Assembly: GCA_019038695.1 (NCBI GenBank)
Contig: JAHOYZ010000028.1
Coordinates: 12,492-76,491 of the forward strand
Direction: 5' to 3'
DNA from: Candidatus Zixiibacteriota bacterium
Lineage (GTDB): Bacteria > Zixibacteria > MSB-5A5 > GN15 > FEB-12
DNA: 64,000 bases
Positions 58,222 through 64,000 of the stretch are shown in pieces. Numbering within the stretch: position 1 is the stretch's first letter; every line of letters starts with the position of its first letter. The notes under the pieces are model-generated. The model worked only from the letters and a program-made list of their open reading frames with translations, had not been told where the DNA came from and did no database searches. Position numbers and translations under genes: made by a program.

Positions 58222-59736
58222 TTAGAATCCGTAGATCTCACCATACTTGGTGTTCATATAGTCGATCAATGGTTTGTGATCCAGCGGTTTGCCGGTGACT
58301 TTCTTGCACAAGTCCCGTGCCCGATAGCGCTGACCATGAATGTGAATGTTCTCAAGCAACCACTGCCGCAGGTTTGTAAACTCGCCGCGCTCGAACTGCT
58401 GATCCAGGTCAGACATATCCTGTTTGGCCTTGTCAAAGAAACAGGCGCTGTACAAATTGCCCAGAGTGTAAGTCGGGAAATACCCTACTAACCCCGCCGA
58501 CCAATGGACATCCTGAAGGCAACCATTGGAGTCCTTGTCGACTTCGATACCAAAGTATTTCTTGAAACGACTGTTCCATTCACCAGGTAAATCGGCCGGT
58601 TTGAGATCGCCGGTCAGGAGTACCCGCTCCAACTCGAAGCGGAGAAGAATGTGCAGATTGTATGTAGCTTCATCGGCCTCGACGCGGATAAACGACGGCG
58701 TGACATTGTTGATAGCGCCATAGAAATCATCGAGCGAAACACCGGCCAGGGATTTCCTGAACAGTCGTTGTGCTTGCGGCAGGAAGTATTTCCAGAATGA
58801 TTTGGAGCGACCTACCTGGTTCTCCCACATACGCGACTGTGACTCATGGATACCCAGCGAAACCGCCTCGCCCATTGGCAGGCCGAAATTGTTGGCCTTG
58901 TCCAGTCCAGCTTCATAAAGACCGTGCCCAGCTTCGTGCATAGTGCCAAACAGGGCATCGTTGAGACGATTGGGATTGTAACGAGTGAGAATACGCGTAT
59001 CGCCGTAACCAATGCCGGTGCAGAACGGATGGGTCGTTATGTCCAGCCGCCCGGTGTTAAAGTCGAAGCCCATCGCCGCCGCCACCGATTCACCAAAGAT
59101 CTTCTGAAGATTGACGTCATACTCGCGCTCGACAATCGACACATCAGGTTTTTTTGGGGCGTCTTTGACCTTTTTCAACATAGTAACCAATTCGTTGCGC
59201 AGATTCTTAAAAACATCTACGATGTCGTCAACTGTCGCGCCCGGTTCGTAATCATCCAGCAGAGCATTGTATGGTTCCCCTTCGTAGCCATAGGCTTCCG
59301 CTTTCCTCTTCTCCAGAGCGAGCACCTTTTCCAGCCACGGCAGGAAAATCTTGAAATCGGATTTGGCTCGGGCATTTACCCAATGTTCGTTAGCAAGAGC
59401 GGTCGTCTTGGTGATCTCTTCCACCAAATCGGTTGGCAGTTTGGTTTGTTTGTCGTATTGCCAGCGCAGTTCACGAATATTGGCTGCCTCAGGAGAGGTG
59501 GCATCCTTCACAATATCCGATTGTTCCAATTCGGAGATCAACTCGCCCACTTTTGGGTCGGTGAACTGAGTGTGGGTCAAGTTCGATAGCAGACCAAGTT
59601 GGTCGGCGCGTAGAGCTGCGCCACCGGCTGGCATAAAGGTGTGCTGATCCCAGTACAGTATTGAGCCTGTGGAGCCAAGCAATGAAATTTTCTTACATCG
59701 CTCGACCAGTTCATCGTACGAAGCTTTTGCTGACAT
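58222..59736 (-). CDS. M32 carboxypeptidase (Taq-type)
   Basis: HPFC, HEAGH, IHESQS, IRVEADE, DVHW, FPTYTLG. Confidence 0.95.
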   Translation of the reverse strand: MSAKASYDELVERCKKISLLGSTGSILYWDQHTFMPAGGAALRADQLGLLSNLTHTQFTDPKVGELISELEQSDIVKDATSPEAANIRELRWQYDKQTKLPTDLVEEITKTTALANEHWVNARAKSDFKIFLPWLEKVLALEKRKAEAYGYEGEPYNALLDDYEPGATVDDIVDVFKNLRNELVTMLKKVKDAPKKPDVSIVEREYDVNLQKIFGESVAAAMGFDFNTGRLDITTHPFCTGIGYGDTRILTRYNPNRLNDALFGTMHEAGHGLYEAGLDKANNFGLPMGEAVSLGIHESQSRMWENQVGRSKSFWKYFLPQAQRLFRKSLAGVSLDDFYGAINNVTPSFIRVEADEATYNLHILLRFELERVLLTGDLKPADLPGEWNSRFKKYFGIEVDKDSNGCLQDVHWSAGLVGYFPTYTLGNLYSACFFDKAKQDMSDLDQQFERGEFTNLRQWLLENIHIHGQRYRARDLCKKVTGKPLDHKPLIDYMNTKYGEIYGF

Positions 59737-60053
59737 CTCTTTACTCCAATATGATTGAGGATTTTGCGCTCAAGGCGTTTCAATCCGGTTTTTCGATCCA
59801 ACTGCCAAGATAGTCAAAAGGCGGCTTACAGGCAATACGCTATACGGAATCAATTGTTGCTCCCAAAGAAAATACTCTACAAATCCCTGTTCATGTATTA
59901 TATTGATATGGTAAGCACAACACCGCTCCACAGCTGAATCCACATTCCTGAGCCGACATCCCGACGCGTGCCAACCAGACATGACGGGCAGAGTTCCGCC
60001 ATGACCACCGGGAATCTCTGCCTATTAAGATAACCTACCGTCAGGAGGAAGCT

Positions 60054-60407
60054 ATGAGAACGTTTGTGCTAATGTCAAAGCTGGCGCCACACGGACCAAG
60101 TCTGATTGATGTAGCCGCCAAAGTCAAGGAGGGCGCGAGCACGGGTCGACAATGGGTTGAACGGGTCACTCAGACTTGCCCGGAAGTGAAGTTTCTGGCC
60201 CACTATGCGCTGCTGGGTTCTTATGACTTCATGGACATTTATGAAGCACCCGACGAAGAATCAGCCGCCAAAGTGTCTATGATTTGCGCTGCCGACGGAA
60301 CCTTCAATGCCGAAAGCTGGACCGCCATTCCCGACAAGCGGATTGCTCAGATTGCCAAAGAAATCGATAAGCCGGAGTTCTCTCCCGACTATCACTCAGG
60401 CGCGTGA
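60054..60407 (+). CDS. GYD-domain protein
   Basis: LLGSYDFMDIYEAPD; AGGAGG RBS. Confidence 0.85.
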   Translation: MRTFVLMSKLAPHGPSLIDVAAKVKEGASTGRQWVERVTQTCPEVKFLAHYALLGSYDFMDIYEAPDEESAAKVSMICAADGTFNAESWTAIPDKRIAQIAKEIDKPEFSPDYHSGA

Positions 60408-60488
60408 CGACACGATAGCTGATGACGAGCAACGACCGATGCTGAGTTCTTGCTTGGCATCGACGAAAAACATCGCCATCATTGATGG

Positions 60489-62003
60489 ATGATGAGACCC
60501 GATACTATCTACTCGGCTGCTGTGCGGCTGAGTCATTTCGCCGCTATCATACTGGTACTTGCTACCGGCTTGACCGGCTTGCGTCTGGCATGGCTAAGTG
60601 AGGGGCGACTTTCGTCGACTATGGCAGGTGTTGTTGATCTACTGGTTCCGTCGGGTACGATTCATCAATGGCACTTGTACTTCGGGCTGACTCTGGCGGC
60701 TGTCGGTTTGTTCCATCTTCTGTATTCAGCACTGTCGGGCGAAAGAAGACGTCTGGTTGGTCTATTCTATGTTGGTCCCTATTCGCTTCTGAAAAAAATC
60801 ACTTACCTGGGCGGCTTTGGTGTGGGGTTGGTCGCTATTCTCACCGGTATCTCAATTCATGCCGGTCTTTATGCTGGACCGGACGGCTATCTGTTCAACT
60901 CAGTCATTCATAGCTGGTGCGCTCGACTGTTGCTCTTGTTTGCGGCAGGGCATCTAATAGAAGTAGTGATCAATAAGGATACGAGAATCAATGCCATCTT
61001 TTTGGCCCGGCCATTCGCCGGGAGTTGGTCACCAAGAGTCGCACTAATAACCACGATAATCTGCCTTGTAGTGACAGGGACGATTTCTGTCGCTCTGGAT
61101 AGCCCAACCACTCTTCGGTGCCACTCTCGCAATCGGGGCATTGTCATTGACGGACGCGTATCTGATATCGAATGGTATGGCGTCGATTCAATTGTCGTGC
61201 AAACCAGCGGAGGAGCCAACTTTCAAGTAGGGACAGCCGCGGTCACAATCAAAGCTTTTCATAATCTCCAGAGAGTCTACTTCCTCGTCCGTTGGAATGA
61301 TGCTACCCCATCATTCAATCGCCACCTCATCAAGGATGGTGACCAGTGGTGCGAGGAAGTTTCGGAGTACGCTGATCGTTTTGGAGAGGCGATCTATTCG
61401 GAAGATCAACTCGGGCTGTTTTGGTTTCGCGATCCGGGCGGCTGTGCGGCTACATGCCATGTCGGCGAGGGCGACCGGATGGGATTGCACTACACTGATA
61501 ACGACACCATTGACGGGTGGCAGTGGATGGCGGTCAGTACCAACCCGGCGCTGGAAGCTGATGATCGCTGGTGGGGACTGCGCGATAATGATTCGACTGG
61601 CGGACGTCATACCGACAATAAGGCAGCTGGAGGATACGTTTCCAATCTCAACCGGGACTGGAAACAACCGTATTTTCTTCCAACCCATCGCGCAGTGCGC
61701 GATTGGATATGGCTCGGCTCCTCTGGTTACGAAGCCTACGCCGATAGTCTGGATATCTTTGTGTCCGGTGATCGGGTGCCGGCGGTTTTAGTAGCTCCAA
61801 CTACCGGTGGCCGTGGGGATGTAACGGCACGAGGAATCTGGCATAACGGTGTATGGACAGTGGAAATATCTCGTCTTCTCGCAGCCGAATCACCGCATGA
61901 TATATCCCTGCGCGGTGAGCTGTTTCTGGGAGTGGCCTTGTTTGATAATGCTCAATCCCATCACTCATATCATCTCCGCCCGATAAAGGTCGTGGTGGAA
62001 TGA
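60489..62003 (+). CDS. Cytochrome b-like membrane domain fused to an ethylbenzene-dehydrogenase-type heme-binding domain
   Basis: TM His residues; YFLVRWND, EDQLG, CAATCH, GIWHNGVWTVEISR, VALFDN. Confidence 0.72.
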   Translation: MMRPDTIYSAAVRLSHFAAIILVLATGLTGLRLAWLSEGRLSSTMAGVVDLLVPSGTIHQWHLYFGLTLAAVGLFHLLYSALSGERRRLVGLFYVGPYSLLKKITYLGGFGVGLVAILTGISIHAGLYAGPDGYLFNSVIHSWCARLLLLFAAGHLIEVVINKDTRINAIFLARPFAGSWSPRVALITTIICLVVTGTISVALDSPTTLRCHSRNRGIVIDGRVSDIEWYGVDSIVVQTSGGANFQVGTAAVTIKAFHNLQRVYFLVRWNDATPSFNRHLIKDGDQWCEEVSEYADRFGEAIYSEDQLGLFWFRDPGGCAATCHVGEGDRMGLHYTDNDTIDGWQWMAVSTNPALEADDRWWGLRDNDSTGGRHTDNKAAGGYVSNLNRDWKQPYFLPTHRAVRDWIWLGSSGYEAYADSLDIFVSGDRVPAVLVAPTTGGRGDVTARGIWHNGVWTVEISRLLAAESPHDISLRGELFLGVALFDNAQSHHSYHLRPIKVVVE

Positions 62004-62029
62004 TGCTTGTATGAGGACGCAGCCGTCAA

Positions 62030-63190
62030 TCAGTGCCCAGAATGGTCAAGATATGGTGCAATCACTCCCCATTCAGCAGCCGTGAAACCCTCTCGGACAA
62101 ACGGCCCATCGTCCGGAGGAGCTTGAATTGCAATAGGTCGATTGAAAGGACGAATCAATAGCAATTGCCTCATGATACTTGTTGGCTGCGGCAGGATCGC
62201 CAGATCAATCAATGAGTTCACATCCTGTGGATATACGCCATAGTACGGAGCATCGTCCAGCAATGGAACCCAGTAGGTTACAAAGTCGTCAATCTCTCTA
62301 CCAACAAACCCAAGATTTGTGAGGAGCGTTCGGAACTCCAATTCCAATCTGTCAGTGGTCAGCATCCAGCCGGCATCGGTATTGAAATCACAGGGCAGAA
62401 GTGCCTCATAGAATAAGTAATCGTAGGTGTCATCAATGATCCCGTCCGGCGACACCTCTACGTTCCAGCCCATATTATAGGGCGGTTCCGACTCGGTAAC
62501 ATGACCTCCATTGGGAAAGGACAGAGTTACCGCAACCTGTGCCTCAGTCTCAGGATAGAGGTAGAGATTGGGGGCCATGGCTTGCTGGGGCTCTATGTAT
62601 GACAGATCTTCGTAGTCAGTTCCTCCCCCGTTGCTGAGATCAAGTACATAGGACACCCCTTCGCACATGAACTCGCACGTGTAGTCTCCAAGTGGAAGAT
62701 CACCAACGCCGTAGCGTCCCTGTTCATCGGTTGTAATTGATTTGCGGAGGCGTCCTGGGCCATGCAGCTCCATCGTCTTGTTGGCATGATAGCTATCCGC
62801 AAAAAAACCCTGTACGCCAAATATCACTCCGGTCATAGATCGTGGGTATCCGGCTACCGAATCCAGGTCGACCGAAATCATCTCCCCCTTCTCGCAGAAA
62901 TACAACTCTGTGTAGTAGTCGTCGGCCACAGCATAAATGTAGTATTGTGCCGAGTCATAATATGGGTTGGATTCGTAAACATCAATGACAACATCACCCT
63001 CAGTAGGCAAGATCATCGAATCGAGAAGTGTCCCCCACCCATTTGAATAAATTGAAAGCTTGATATCGGTCGCAACCCCAGGCACTGGCTTTGGTTGTCC
63101 GCCCTGGCTATTTGTTCCGTTGTCATCACAGCCGAGCATGCACGCGGCTACCAGGACCAGGATCAGCAAGATCGTGATTGGCTTCAACAT
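62030..63190 (-). CDS. Hypothetical lipoprotein with conserved C-terminal domain
   Basis: Lipobox MLGC; APNLYLYP...YDYLFYEA...EIDDFVTYW...EWG. Confidence 0.7.
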   Translation of the reverse strand: MLKPITILLILVLVAACMLGCDDNGTNSQGGQPKPVPGVATDIKLSIYSNGWGTLLDSMILPTEGDVVIDVYESNPYYDSAQYYIYAVADDYYTELYFCEKGEMISVDLDSVAGYPRSMTGVIFGVQGFFADSYHANKTMELHGPGRLRKSITTDEQGRYGVGDLPLGDYTCEFMCEGVSYVLDLSNGGGTDYEDLSYIEPQQAMAPNLYLYPETEAQVAVTLSFPNGGHVTESEPPYNMGWNVEVSPDGIIDDTYDYLFYEALLPCDFNTDAGWMLTTDRLELEFRTLLTNLGFVGREIDDFVTYWVPLLDDAPYYGVYPQDVNSLIDLAILPQPTSIMRQLLLIRPFNRPIAIQAPPDDGPFVREGFTAAEWGVIAPYLDHSGH

Positions 63191-63362
63191 GAATCACCTC
63201 CCATTGTGTCGTGCAACTCAGCGACATCGGGTGTTCCTACTCCCCTCACTCCGGTACCCACTATCAAACTCAGTATACAGATTTACAGATCCGGTAGCAA
63301 GCTATGGGGCAATGTCACCCTACCAGGCTATGCCTGTGATCAGAGTCGAAGGCTAACGGCAA

Positions 63363-63390
63363 ACCCGGCCCAAACGAATTTGAGCCGGGT
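63363..63390 (-). terminator. Terminator-like hairpin after the OmpA gene
   Basis: ACCCGGCTCAAA-4-TTTGGGCCGGGT followed by TT. Confidence 0.6.
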
Positions 63391-63473
63391 ATGCGACGAA
63401 ACGTCTATTAGTTCCGGAATTGTAGCCGCCGCCACGTAATGGCGATAGCGATGTTTTTCAATAACCTCTTAGC

Positions 63474-64000
63474 TTAGAACTGACGGATTACTTCGATCTC
63501 AACCCTTCGGTTCATACGGCGACCAGCGGCAGTGCCATTATCGCCGATCCAGTATTGCGGGTCTTCACCCAAACCCACAGTCTCCATACGGTCGGCGGCA
63601 ATTTCTTTGCTGACCAGGTACTTCTTCACTGTCTCAGCACGGTTGGTGGAGAGCATCAGATTGTACTGCTCCGAATTGAGCGAATCGGTATAGCCGCGAA
63701 TCTCTATACGGAAATACGGATATGCTTTCAAAGATACTGCAACACTGTCGAGTATGGCATGTGCCTCCGGGCTGATAGTATACACATCCGAGGCATACTT
63801 CACCTCGCCGTAGAGCATCAGCGTCTCTTCCAACTTTGAAGCCGTGGGACAACCAACTGAGTCAACTTCCACACCCGCCGGTGTGTCGGGACAACGGTCG
63901 CTCATGTCTGGCACACCGTCTTTGTCGCTATCAACAGGGCAACCATCGGCATCTACAGTCACACCGAGTGGAGTGTCAGGACACTTATCAGTCAAATCCG
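63474..64000 (-). CDS. OmpA-family protein with TSP3-like Ca-binding repeats (partial, 5' end outside the window)
   Basis: DSDKDGVPDMSDRCP repeats; IRGYTDS, LSTNRAETV, NRRVEI. Confidence 0.92.
   Translation of the reverse strand, partial: DLTDKCPDTPLGVTVDADGCPVDSDKDGVPDMSDRCPDTPAGVEVDSVGCPTASKLEETLMLYGEVKYASDVYTISPEAHAILDSVAVSLKAYPYFRIEIRGYTDSLNSEQYNLMLSTNRAETVKKYLVSKEIAADRMETVGLGEDPQYWIGDNGTAAGRRMNRRVEIEVIRQF

Noticed and set aside
63355-63400. c-di-GMP-I riboswitch suggested by GGCAAACC
   Set aside because: The downstream GACGCAAAG consensus is missing and the orientation is opposite to both flanking genes; the hairpin fits an OmpA terminator

Overview
Bacterial chromosome window, probably from a Zixibacteria-like diderm (inferred from dockerin-tailed secreted proteins, Kdo/Lpt LPS genes and FG-GAP lipoproteins). 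Bases ~2.5-21.8 kb are an accessory region attached to the 3' end of tRNA-Asp(GTC). It contains about 20 co-oriented degenerate copies of the tRNA 3' acceptor sequence (GCGGGGTTG[A/G]-N15-AACT), in about 4 arm families. These separate 1-4-gene modules of mixed orientation and composition, and I see no integrase or transposase in the window. Bases 22-47 kb are mostly core genes (tldD/pmbA, lptFG, fumC, lysS, coaD, lptC, lipid A acyltransferase, kdsDCA), plus an HD-CE/TPR/channel-like protein. Bases 46.5-55 kb hold a bacterial microcompartment locus without a recognisable signature enzyme: BMC-H, BMC-P, an unlisted 54-aa TM ORF, PduS-like, PduT-like, an ACT protein with an encapsulation-peptide-like N-terminus, and DUF711. 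Upstream lie a sigma54-type promoter with a candidate ~100-nt sRNA, a TPR-sigma54 activator, and a co-transcribed small secreted protein, together suggesting a peptide-sensing circuit. All product calls come from recognising motifs by eye; no database searches were run.
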